A stretch of DNA of 34,974 bases from positions 1 to 34,974 of IMG/VR virus record IMGVR_UViG_3300012667_000297, one strand, 5' to 3'. This DNA comes from a virus. Its lineage: Duplodnaviria > Caudoviricetes. The notes beneath the pieces were generated by a model. The model had not been told where the DNA came from and ran no database searches. It saw nothing but the letters and a program-made list of their open reading frames with translations. Positions 18,359-26,557 of this stretch are shown piece after piece. The number at the start of each line of letters is the position of its first letter. Position 1 is the stretch's first letter. A program made the position numbers and the translations under genes.

Positions 18359-19039
18359 TTAAACAAATCTTGATTTAGATATGTTATAGTTTTGTAAAAC
18401 TTCTTCTGCTGATAAGGATCTATTATAAATTCTTATTAATCCTAAATTTCCAGGTTGACAGAAAACTCCTCCTCTACCCATTATATTAATATTTGATGAG
18501 TTAGCTGCACCAAATCCTAAACCCATTTGATTTAGAATAGTTCCATTAAAATAAATAATGTTAAATCCTGAACCTGTTACTAATACAATATGATTCCAAT
18601 TATTATTATAAATATCTGCATACTTTGTAGAAATAGTATTAAATGGATAATCTGCAAAATATAAATCATCTGCTGTATTTCCAGGTTGAAAAAACATTTT
18701 TTGATTTGCACCTTTTTCACAAATTACTCTATTACCTGAGTATGTAGTCTTTATCCAAAACTCTATACTATAAGATCTCATAACAGATAGAGTTGCTGAA
18801 TTACCTAAAATATTTAAGTATTGATTTGTACCATTAAATCTAAGATTTCCTTGTTTACCAGTATCAAGTGTTGGAGTATTATATAAAGTTGCATTATTAC
18901 TATTACCACTAATATCATACCATAAACTACCTGTACCAGGATAAGATGCAGTGTTACCTGCATCTAAATATACTATTAGTCCATCAGTAACAACTGATGG
19001 ACTTTTATCTAACATTAGTAATAAACTATTAACTCCCAT
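18359..19039 (-). CDS. LamG / concanavalin A-like domain protein (putative receptor-binding)
   Basis: 226 aa with VTDGLIVYLDAGNTASYPGTGSLWYDISGNSNNATL, FNGTNQY, YSIEFWIK, WNHIVLV and IRIYNRSLSAEEVLQNY, a classic phage LamG pattern. Confidence 0.85.
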   Translation of the reverse strand: MGVNSLLLMLDKSPSVVTDGLIVYLDAGNTASYPGTGSLWYDISGNSNNATLYNTPTLDTGKQGNLRFNGTNQYLNILGNSATLSVMRSYSIEFWIKTTYSGNRVICEKGANQKMFFQPGNTADDLYFADYPFNTISTKYADIYNNNWNHIVLVTGSGFNIIYFNGTILNQMGLGFGAANSSNINIMGRGGVFCQPGNLGLIRIYNRSLSAEEVLQNYNISKSRFV

Positions 19040-19043
19040 TATA

Positions 19044-19208
19044 TTAGTTTTCTTCTACAACTTCAACTTCAGTATTTTCTACTTGAGCTAATGCTAATTT
19101 TTGTACTTCTAAGATTAATTTTAAAGATGCTTCAGCAGGTAATTTTCCTAATCCAGCTAATACTAAATTAACTTCTTGTTCTGTAAATTCAAATGTAAAT
19201 TTTTTCAT
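19044..19208 (-). CDS. Small helical protein (possible tail fibre chaperone), not in the ORF track
   Basis: 54 aa, MKKFTFEFTEQEVNLVLAGLGKLPAEASLKLILEVQKLALAQVENTEVEVVEEN. It fills the gap, has an A-rich leader and has its own promoter candidate. Confidence 0.75.
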   Translation of the reverse strand: MKKFTFEFTEQEVNLVLAGLGKLPAEASLKLILEVQKLALAQVENTEVEVVEEN

Positions 19209-19230
19209 ATATTATAATTTTAAAGTTTAG

Positions 19231-19262
19231 TAAATATAATAATAAGTTAATTAATAAGCACC
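19231..19262 (-). promoter_or_regulatory. Promoter candidate GGTG-N20-TATATTTA
   Basis: Good -7-like box with a degenerate -33 box at the same spacing as the other copies. Confidence 0.45.
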
Positions 19263-20195
19263 GTAAAAAGAATTTAATTGTGTATTAATATTACTTCTAT
19301 CAGTTCTCATATCAGCGTTAAATACTGTAAATTCTTGAAATTTACCATCCAAATAACTAGCTCCGCCAAAAGTACCTAATGCAAAATTAGCCCCACTATT
19401 AGCTGTACTTATCGCTGCTGTATTTGTATTATTCTTAAACAAAGAGCCATTGTTAACTTGCATTTCAGACCTATTGGCCGCTGTTGCATCATTGGCTTTT
19501 ATGTATAAAGATAAAATATTTTGAACTGATTTAGTTAATGAATTAAGCTGTAAATTTTGTACAGGAACAGTTGAGCCCGAACCATTGTAAACATAATTAC
19601 CTAACCTATCAGAGAAACCATTTAAAGGTGAGTTAAAAAATAAACCAGAACCTATTGCACTACCTGTTGAATTAATGGTATTAAATATAGTAGAAGTTTG
19701 AGCATTATTATTTAATGATAATGACATGAAGCTAGTTGAAAAACTGCCATTGTGGAATAAATTAAACACTACATTATTAGCAGCACTCAATGAACTACTT
19801 GAAAAAGTCAACGCTACTTTACCATTCAATGTTTCTAAAACTCCGCTTGTGACTATTTTAGGCTGATTAACAGCTGTGGCCTGACTTAAATCTAATGAGG
19901 CTGTCGTACTTTGGTTATACCATTTAGTAACAAATCCATTGTTAGCTCCTACAAAAGTTAACAAACTAGCCGTATCTAATACATTATTTACAAAGCCAAT
20001 ATCTTGTTCTGCATTATCAGATGATCTTCTAACCCTTATACAACTGCCTGTATATGCTGTTCTTAACTTTCTTAAAGAATAACCAGCATATCCATTTGCA
20101 TAAGTATCAAATAAATATTGATAAGATTGACTTACTTCTATAATAGATCTAATAATTCCATTCCTAGTTCTTAATCCATATTTTTCATTACTCAT
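19251..20195 (-). CDS. Concanavalin-like (arabinofuranosidase B N-terminal-like / LamG) receptor-binding protein
   Basis: 314 aa with YSLRKLRTAYTGSCIRVRRSSDNAEQDIGF, GFVTKWYNQS, QATAVNQPKIV and YLDGKFQE. Confidence 0.75.
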   Translation of the reverse strand: MSNEKYGLRTRNGIIRSIIEVSQSYQYLFDTYANGYAGYSLRKLRTAYTGSCIRVRRSSDNAEQDIGFVNNVLDTASLLTFVGANNGFVTKWYNQSTTASLDLSQATAVNQPKIVTSGVLETLNGKVALTFSSSSLSAANNVVFNLFHNGSFSTSFMSLSLNNNAQTSTIFNTINSTGSAIGSGLFFNSPLNGFSDRLGNYVYNGSGSTVPVQNLQLNSLTKSVQNILSLYIKANDATAANRSEMQVNNGSLFKNNTNTAAISTANSGANFALGTFGGASYLDGKFQEFTVFNADMRTDRSNINTQLNSFYGAY

Positions 20196-20198
20196 AAA

Positions 20199-20417
20199 TT
20201 AAAATAATATTGGTGTTGATGGTGCTACAAATGGACTCAAAGGAATTTCTAACAAATATGCATAAGTTGTATTTGCTAAATCAATTTCATCCTGTTCACT
20301 TAAAAATAAAAAATAAATGTCATTAATATCTTTGATAAAATTCAAAAAAGTATCAGCATCAATGAATGTGCCTTGTAGCTGTTCAGCTTGTTGATTAGTT
20401 ACTATTCGTCCTTCCAT
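20199..20417 (-). CDS. Small acidic partner protein in the fibre cluster
   Basis: 72 aa, coupled to the upstream 288-aa gene by a TAATG overlap. Confidence 0.6.
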   Translation of the reverse strand: MEGRIVTNQQAEQLQGTFIDADTFLNFIKDINDIYFLFLSEQDEIDLANTTYAYLLEIPLSPFVAPSTPILF

Positions 20418-21283
20418 TATATTTGACGTCCTAAAGTTGTTTGGTAAGCCTGTACGGCATTATAAAATGATATTGCTTCAGCATCAGATAAACCGTCGCC
20501 TATTGATGCAAAGGCATACTGTTTTTGCGAATACTGAATTATTTGATTTTGTGGAACAGCACTATTATCAAAATAATTTAAAGCACCTATTAATATTGAG
20601 TTTTGTCCTAACCCTTGATAGATACCACTGTTAACAGTACTATTACTGCCTTTTAAAAGATTATTTTGAAACAATTTAAATGATGATGTGCTAGTTCTTG
20701 TAGCTGCAAAAAAACCACTTGCATTGGTTTGACTTACTATAATTCTATTCGCATCAGAGCTATATAAATAACTAACAGAATTATTATCAGTAGACCTACC
20801 TGCAGCTAATATTAAAAGATAAGCTTGAGTACCACCATTAACCCAATACTGACCTATATCAGTTACACCCAAATTAGAACTAGTTCTAGAGTATATACTT
20901 AAGTGTGTATTATTAAGAGTTAAAGGTGCTGTTGACGGCACTAAATTAGTATTTGCATAAGTAGCTCCATTAGGTGTCATCCCTGTAGATGAATGTGTCC
21001 AACCTGTAGCAAATGATAAGGTAAATGTACCAGGTTGCTTTAAATTAACGGCATGCGATGAAGCAGAACCACCAACTACAGGATACAATGCTTTCATCTT
21101 AGTCCATATATTAGCAGATTTTAAACTAAGTACCAACGTATTAACAGCACTTTTTTGAGTAGTATCTGTAATACTTGCCGCTGTAAAGAAAGCTAATGCA
21201 TCAGGGTCATAAAAAGAAAATTGATTTCCTTCAACAAAAGATCTTATTAATCCATTTCTAGTTATAGTACCAAATCTTGACAT
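20417..21283 (-). CDS. Putative receptor-binding / lectin-like virion protein
   Basis: 288 aa with DPDALAFFTAASITDTTQKSAVNTLV.LK...IWTKMKALYP.VGG and C-terminal FASIGDGLSDAE...YNAVQAYQTTLGRQ; beta-sandwich-like core. Confidence 0.65.
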   Translation of the reverse strand: MSRFGTITRNGLIRSFVEGNQFSFYDPDALAFFTAASITDTTQKSAVNTLVLSLKSANIWTKMKALYPVVGGSASSHAVNLKQPGTFTLSFATGWTHSSTGMTPNGATYANTNLVPSTAPLTLNNTHLSIYSRTSSNLGVTDIGQYWVNGGTQAYLLILAAGRSTDNNSVSYLYSSDANRIIVSQTNASGFFAATRTSTSSFKLFQNNLLKGSNSTVNSGIYQGLGQNSILIGALNYFDNSAVPQNQIIQYSQKQYAFASIGDGLSDAEAISFYNAVQAYQTTLGRQI

Positions 21284-21645
21284 TAACTAATTCTATTTAC
21301 ATATCCAACAATATTGATAACATTTGTAGTTGCTGCAAATGCTCTAATATTTCTACCTGTACTACCATCACCTGTTAATATTAATCCAGGTAATAAAATA
21401 CTTAAACCACTACCTGCTGGTATAGCTACAAGAATTTGATTATCAGGATTAGTAACTCCACCATATTCAATAGTTAAATTTACTGATGAAGCACTTGTAT
21501 TATTAGCATATAACCAAACTTCATCAATAGTAGATGAACTAGTTCCTGTAGTATGTATTAAAGTTCCTGCAGTTGCAGTAGCAACAACCTTTATAGGTTG
21601 ACCACCAGTTGAACCACTTAATAAAACTTTTGTATAAGTTGCCAT
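21283..21645 (-). CDS. Small beta-sandwich structural protein (fibre adaptor)
   Basis: 120 aa, all-beta pattern (DEVWLYANN, VNLTIEYGG, IRAFAATTNVINIVGYVNRI); TAATG overlap with the next gene. Confidence 0.6.
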   Translation of the reverse strand: MATYTKVLLSGSTGGQPIKVVATATAGTLIHTTGTSSSTIDEVWLYANNTSASSVNLTIEYGGVTNPDNQILVAIPAGSGLSILLPGLILTGDGSTGRNIRAFAATTNVINIVGYVNRIS

Positions 21646-21670
21646 ATTATATTTTTATTTTTTTGTAAAA

Positions 21671-22708
21671 TTAAGAAAAAACTTGAATTTGTAAAACATC
21701 CATTGTAACTGTTGATGGACTAGCTCCTTCTAAAGCAACACCTACTACATCCCATTTAGCATCATCACTATTATATACTAATGCAATATATAAAACTTTA
21801 GATATTGTAGTAGATACTGGTAAAGTAGTATTTACTGCTCTATACATAGTATCAAAAGCAATAGTTCTAGAAACACCATCATCTTTAATTTTAATTAACA
21901 TTGATTGTCCTTGAACAGGAGAACCTGTTGGATTAGCCAATGTTAATCCTACAGCTTGTGCTGTAATTATAACTACATCATTATTACTTGTTGGAGTTAC
22001 TGTAGCAGCACTAGTTACTGTTTGTAATCTTGGAGTTATAAAAGTTTGATCTCCAGTATTAGTTCCTGATAAAGTTAACCCACTATCTTTAATTACTTTT
22101 CCTGTTGTCCCATCAAAAAATGCAACATTATTATTTACTGAACTTGCAGGACCTGTAACAGCACCTACAATATTCTTTTGAATAATATTCCAATAAATTC
22201 CTACAGTTGCTTGATTTCCACTTACAGTTCCATCAGTGTTACAAATAATCATATCACCAACTTCAACATCTATTCCTGAAGCACCACCTATTTTACCAGC
22301 AACATTTGCAATATACATAAATCCAGCATCTGCAGCAGGATAATTAGGATTTGTAGAACAATCTAAAACACCTTTATAAACTAAAGCATTAGCATTTCCT
22401 AAAATATTATCAGTGTAAACTTTAACAGCATTTTGAGTAGGATATAAAGTATCACTTGTTCCTAAAGAAGTATTTGTAGATTTATTAGATACATTTTCAG
22501 GAGTAAAACCTAAACTTGTTTGAAATAAAGAAGTTGCCCAATCATAAACTGCTTTTACACTAGGATATTTTACATTACTAGTTTGATCAGTTACAACTGA
22601 AGTACTTTTATTTGCTACATCTTCAGGAGTATAAGGTAATGGTGTACCACCTCCACCTCCACTATTGCTAGAAAAAACTTTTCTAATATTTTTTACTATA
22701 GAAATCAT
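21671..22708 (-). CDS. Short tail fibre protein
   Basis: 345 aa with two TPE[DN]V[AS]NKST...YP[ST]xxAV repeats, NPNYPAADAG, VTGPASSVNNNVAFFDGTTGKVIKDSG, LSGTNTGDQ and a C-terminal LANPTG...YNSDDAKWDVV domain. Confidence 0.8.
   Translation of the reverse strand: MISIVKNIRKVFSSNSGGGGGTPLPYTPEDVANKSTSVVTDQTSNVKYPSVKAVYDWATSLFQTSLGFTPENVSNKSTNTSLGTSDTLYPTQNAVKVYTDNILGNANALVYKGVLDCSTNPNYPAADAGFMYIANVAGKIGGASGIDVEVGDMIICNTDGTVSGNQATVGIYWNIIQKNIVGAVTGPASSVNNNVAFFDGTTGKVIKDSGLTLSGTNTGDQTFITPRLQTVTSAATVTPTSNNDVVIITAQAVGLTLANPTGSPVQGQSMLIKIKDDGVSRTIAFDTMYRAVNTTLPVSTTISKVLYIALVYNSDDAKWDVVGVALEGASPSTVTMDVLQIQVFS
22405..22640 (-). repeat. Tandem protein repeat in the short fibre
   Basis: LPYTPEDVANKSTS...KYPSVKAVYDW and LGFTPENVSNKSTN...LYPTQNAVKVY. 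Confidence 0.8.
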
Positions 22709-23061
22709 TATTTATAATATTGAATATGTAAAGTATTAGTTCCTCCTGAAATAGGAATAACTCTAAAATTAATTAAATTTGGATAACCTGTAACATCAAA
22801 AAAGTCTAATCTTGATAATGCTAAACCATCTGTAGAAGTAGGTTCAACAATACTACCTAACATTAAATATCTTAATGCAGGAGTATCTGTAATATCAGAT
22901 TCTACTCTAATTTCAACATACTTAGCATCTACTGGAATATTATTAAATCCTGTTAAACCGCTAACATCTAGTTTTTCATAACCACAAGCTAATAAATTAT
23001 TTCTATTTACTCTAAGTAATTCTCTTAAAAGACTTTTACTATTATCTATTGAAGCACTCAT
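22708..23061 (-). CDS. Small structural protein (fibre base / adaptor)
   Basis: 117 aa with an N-terminal helix then beta strands, ending LHIQYYK; TAATG-coupled to the short fibre. Confidence 0.55.
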   Translation of the reverse strand: MSASIDNSKSLLRELLRVNRNNLLACGYEKLDVSGLTGFNNIPVDAKYVEIRVESDITDTPALRYLMLGSIVEPTSTDGLALSRLDFFDVTGYPNLINFRVIPISGGTNTLHIQYYK

Positions 23062-23072
23062 TATATTTTATT

Positions 23073-23720
23073 TTAGTTTATTAATTGACAATCACAGATA
23101 TTACATTCATGCATTATTTTATGCATCATATCATCTGCTTCTTCTTCTTTTAAACAATTTTTTGCTATTGTTGTAGTAATTTCACAAACACCGTTATTTG
23201 GTGGTGCAGCATTCGTATATTGTAATACTAAAGGTACACTATCTTCCGTATAATGTAAATCAAATCTAAGAACTTCATCTGAACATGTAAGATATAAACT
23301 ATAAATAGTACAAAAACTATTACAAAATTCATCAATAAGAATACCTAATTCAGTTAATTTTTTTACTAATAATGACTGAGTATTTAAAATACCATCTCCA
23401 TATATTGTATAACTATTAGTTAAACTATTTAAATAAATTACTAAATAGTCAGAAGTTGTAGGAATATAAGATACAAATTTACTTCTTCGTAAATTATCAT
23501 TTATATAATAACAATTATTAGGTTGTATAGTAGTAACTACAGTTTCATCAAAACCATATGAAGTCAATGCTTCAATTCTATCTATTAGTAATTTTAATTT
23601 TGCAAATTCAGAATCAGCACACTTATTTCCACTAGCATATAAGTCAGCAACTTGAACTGCTAACTCACTAGAGCATTTTAATGCATTTGTTAATACTAAA
23701 TTTAAATTAGTTTCTGTCAT
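23073..23720 (-). CDS. Tail hub protein B-like, Cys-rich
   Basis: 215 aa with helical N- and C-termini (NCLKEEEADDMMHKIMHECNICDC) around a beta-rich middle; synteny downstream of hub A. Confidence 0.45.
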   Translation of the reverse strand: MTETNLNLVLTNALKCSSELAVQVADLYASGNKCADSEFAKLKLLIDRIEALTSYGFDETVVTTIQPNNCYYINDNLRRSKFVSYIPTTSDYLVIYLNSLTNSYTIYGDGILNTQSLLVKKLTELGILIDEFCNSFCTIYSLYLTCSDEVLRFDLHYTEDSVPLVLQYTNAAPPNNGVCEITTTIAKNCLKEEEADDMMHKIMHECNICDCQLIN

Positions 23721-23722
23721 AT

Positions 23723-24502
23723 TTAAAAAGATCTAATTGCTCTTACTTTAGATACATCTGTAAGTTTATCAATATTAGCAAAATAAGGTGGATTTATTAA
23801 AGAGTATTGATATGATGCAGCTTGTAAATTATTATATTCTGTAGAAGACCAATATACAGCAGCATCTTCAAATCCTCCTACTGCAACAGCTTGAAGTAAC
23901 AATAACTCTAATTCATATTTAGAAGGTAAATACCAATCTCCAAAATTAGAACCTTGATAATTAGCACATAATTGTGCTGCATAAGTACCTACTCCTTGAT
24001 CTATAATTATTCTTTCAGTATTATATTTTCCAGAATTTATAGTATTTCTTACAGCATTTGTAACAGTTTGAGTATTACTCCATGTAAAATTAGTTGTTGG
24101 ACCTACTGCAAAATCTGATAAAGCTGCTATTAAACCATGTTTACCACCATCATAAGTATGAAATACAATACCACCACCATAAGATTCTCCAACAGTATGA
24201 ATTGTATCAGCACCATCTTGAGCTATAATTTCCCAAGAGTCACCATCCCAAATATAACTTTTACCTAAAGTAGTATTATAATATCCCCAATTTAAACTAG
24301 GAGATGTTGGTGCAGAAGATAAACTTCCTTGCCATACTATACTAACTCCATTAGTACCAGGTGTACCAGGAACTCCTTGAATACCTTGTATTCCTTGTTC
24401 ACCTTGTGGTCCAGTATTACCAGTTGGACCTGTAGGTCCTATTGGTCCTTGAGGACCTGTTAATCCACTAGGGATTGTTAATGCATCACATTCTTTACAC
24501 AT
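23723..24502 (-). CDS. Collagen-repeat fibre with a C-terminal Lcl/DUF1566-like (C-type lectin fold) domain
   Basis: 259 aa with about 13 G-X-Y triplets, then VGESYGGGIVF...HGLIAA...DWYLPSKYEL...YWSSTE...VRAIRSF. Confidence 0.85.
   Translation of the reverse strand: MCKECDALTIPSGLTGPQGPIGPTGPTGNTGPQGEQGIQGIQGVPGTPGTNGVSIVWQGSLSSAPTSPSLNWGYYNTTLGKSYIWDGDSWEIIAQDGADTIHTVGESYGGGIVFHTYDGGKHGLIAALSDFAVGPTTNFTWSNTQTVTNAVRNTINSGKYNTERIIIDQGVGTYAAQLCANYQGSNFGDWYLPSKYELELLLLQAVAVGGFEDAAVYWSSTEYNNLQAASYQYSLINPPYFANIDKLTDVSKVRAIRSF
24345..24466 (-). repeat. Collagen-like G-X-Y repeat
   Basis: GLTGPQGPIGPTGPTGNTGPQGEQGIQGIQGVPGTPGTNG. Confidence 0.9.
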
Positions 24503-24506
24503 ATAT

Positions 24507-24538
24507 ATAATATACTATATTTTTTTATTATTTGCAAG
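24507..24538 (-). promoter_or_regulatory. Promoter CTTG-N20-TATATTAT upstream of the collagen fibre gene
   Basis: Same spacing as the other copies; the ATG begins 4 nt after the -7 box. Confidence 0.5.
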
Positions 24539-25118
24539 TTTTACAGTCAGTATTTATACAAAGTTTACTAATTATTTTTTGCAATTTTGCAAAGTTTGTA
24601 ATATCTCCACATTTAGAAGCATTTTTTAAAGCTTGTAAAAAAGTCCAAGTTTTTATATAATTATTGTAATTAGCATCATCGCAATTACATCCACAATCTG
24701 CTAAGTCTAAATTAGACAATTGTTCATTGACACAACATTCAGCATTACAATAAAATAACTGATATACAGTTCTTGTCAATGCTGGTCCTGAACCTGTAAC
24801 ATCATATTTAAAAGTCCATTTACCATCTACTATTGCTGTTAATCCTCCTAAGTCTGCTGAAGTCAAATCATAATAATGACTTACATTATTAGTAGGAAAT
24901 CCTTTTAAGGTTAAGTCTATAGTATATACTACATTACTAGGACTAGTAATTGTTAAAATAGCTGAATCATAATCAGACAAAGGATAATTTTGACCACTAC
25001 TACCATCACCATATCCTCCTGTATTAGTAGATGAATATATTCCTGTAGTTTCATAAAATCTAATTTGTGTACATCCATTAACTACACAACTATTTAATTT
25101 TAAAGTTCCTGTTGTCAT
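24528..25118 (-). CDS. Tail hub protein A-like, Cys-rich
   Basis: 196 aa: Ig-like beta domain (ETTGIYSSTNTGGYG, IVDGKWTFKYDV) plus a helical Cys-rich tail (YCNAECCV, DCGCNC, CINTDCKTCK); follows the auxiliary capsid gene. Confidence 0.55.
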   Translation of the reverse strand: MTTGTLKLNSCVVNGCTQIRFYETTGIYSSTNTGGYGDGSSGQNYPLSDYDSAILTITSPSNVVYTIDLTLKGFPTNNVSHYYDLTSADLGGLTAIVDGKWTFKYDVTGSGPALTRTVYQLFYCNAECCVNEQLSNLDLADCGCNCDDANYNNYIKTWTFLQALKNASKCGDITNFAKLQKIISKLCINTDCKTCK

Positions 25119-25139
25119 TTATTATTTATTTAATTTGTT

Positions 25140-25188
25140 TATAAAGTAAAGCCCCTGGAAACTTTTAAGGAAGAAAAACCAGGGGCTT
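25140..25188 (-). terminator. Intrinsic terminator after the auxiliary capsid gene
   Basis: 10-bp GC-rich stem aagcccctgg (25149-25158) / ccaggggctt (25179-25188) with a 20-nt loop, followed by TACTTTAT on the minus strand. Confidence 0.7.
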
Positions 25189-25254
25189 ATTATACTAATT
25201 AAGGCTTTAAAGTTTGATATACCAGAGTGGTATAATAAGTCTTTATCTTAAGGA

Positions 25255-26511
25255 CTAAGATAAAGAAAGAAAAGGTTTAGCTGGTGTAGTTGCTAAAAAA
25301 TTGTTTAATCTAGAAGCTACTTCATTATAAAGATCAGATACACTATCATAAGTTCCACCTTCATTAATAGCAGGTACAGCAAATAAAATAGCTTTACGAG
25401 ATTTAGCTACAACATCAGCACCAGTAGTAAAAGTAGTATCATCAAATAATACATTAACTACATTGTAGAAATAACGTACTTTAACTTCAAATCCACCACC
25501 AGTAGCTTGTGCAAAAGGAGTAGTTAATACTGCAGTAGTTGCATCTATTACATATTTAATTTCATAATTATAACCAGAAACAGTGATTAATTCACCTGGT
25601 CTAATAATACCTACTATAGAACCACTAAAACCAATTACATCAGAACCCAATGTTGCACCACTTGTAACAGCAAGTGCAGCAGATAAAGTTGGAGTAGCAC
25701 TTACACCAAATTTAACTTGTTGAGCTGGCCATAATCTACGGTTAGAAAGACCTTCATATTGATATTCAAAGTTTTCTTTATTGTAGATAGAGTTATAAGT
25801 TCCTGTACCAAAGCTGTTAGCTAAGATTTGAGAACAAGCAGTAGTATCTTCAAAAGCTGAAGAATCATCTACAAATACATCAAAATATACACGGTTTTCT
25901 TTATAAGTAGAAGATTGGAATTGGTTAATATCTAAAGCTGTAATTTCTACACCGTAGTTAGTAGCTCCAGTTAAACCATAAACTCCAGTACCATCACCTA
26001 CAACAACTGCTTTAATTTGAGTTTTGTAAGCACCATTGTTAATCAAGTTTGCTGCTTGAGTAGCAATAGATAATTGAGTAGCATTACTAGAAGAAGTAAA
26101 GTTAGCTGTAAATCTTTCAGGTCTTTCAGAATAAAAAGATTTATCATTTTTAAATTTGATATAGAAACTATACAAAGAAGCTGGATTAACTGCAATAGAA
26201 CCTGCACCTGTAGCACGGTTATATCCAATAGACCATACTTCACGTTGAGCAGGAGCATATTTTTCAGCAGTAGCACTGATTACACTTCTACCATTTACCC
26301 ACATTGATTTTTTGAAAGATCCATCAGCATAAGTTAATGAAGCTTGGAAAGCTGGAGTAGTTTCTACACCTGCACTTTCAGAATATTGATCATTTAATTC
26401 TTGTTGTTCGTAGTTAAACAAACCTAATTTTCCTGGAGTAAGAGTATTTACGTCAGCTTCTAATGCTGGTAAGTTACTTACAAATACGTTAGTTACTTTA
26501 TGAATTGACAT
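25255..26511 (-). CDS. Auxiliary capsid protein-like (abundant structural protein)
   Basis: 418 aa, beta-rich, beginning MSIHKVTNVFV. It has MCP-like codon usage (CGT for Arg), is followed by a terminator, and sits between the ring and tail hub genes. Confidence 0.65.
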   Translation of the reverse strand: MSIHKVTNVFVSNLPALEADVNTLTPGKLGLFNYEQQELNDQYSESAGVETTPAFQASLTYADGSFKKSMWVNGRSVISATAEKYAPAQREVWSIGYNRATGAGSIAVNPASLYSFYIKFKNDKSFYSERPERFTANFTSSSNATQLSIATQAANLINNGAYKTQIKAVVVGDGTGVYGLTGATNYGVEITALDINQFQSSTYKENRVYFDVFVDDSSAFEDTTACSQILANSFGTGTYNSIYNKENFEYQYEGLSNRRLWPAQQVKFGVSATPTLSAALAVTSGATLGSDVIGFSGSIVGIIRPGELITVSGYNYEIKYVIDATTAVLTTPFAQATGGGFEVKVRYFYNVVNVLFDDTTFTTGADVVAKSRKAILFAVPAINEGGTYDSVSDLYNEVASRLNNFLATTPAKPFLSLS

Positions 26512-26557
26512 TGTTTTTTAAATTTTAAATTTATTATTTAAGATATTGATTTTAAGA

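Noticed and set aside
23723-23860. Complete diversity-generating retroelement
   Set aside because: There is no reverse transcriptase, no AAY-rich template repeat and no intergenic space for one in this window.
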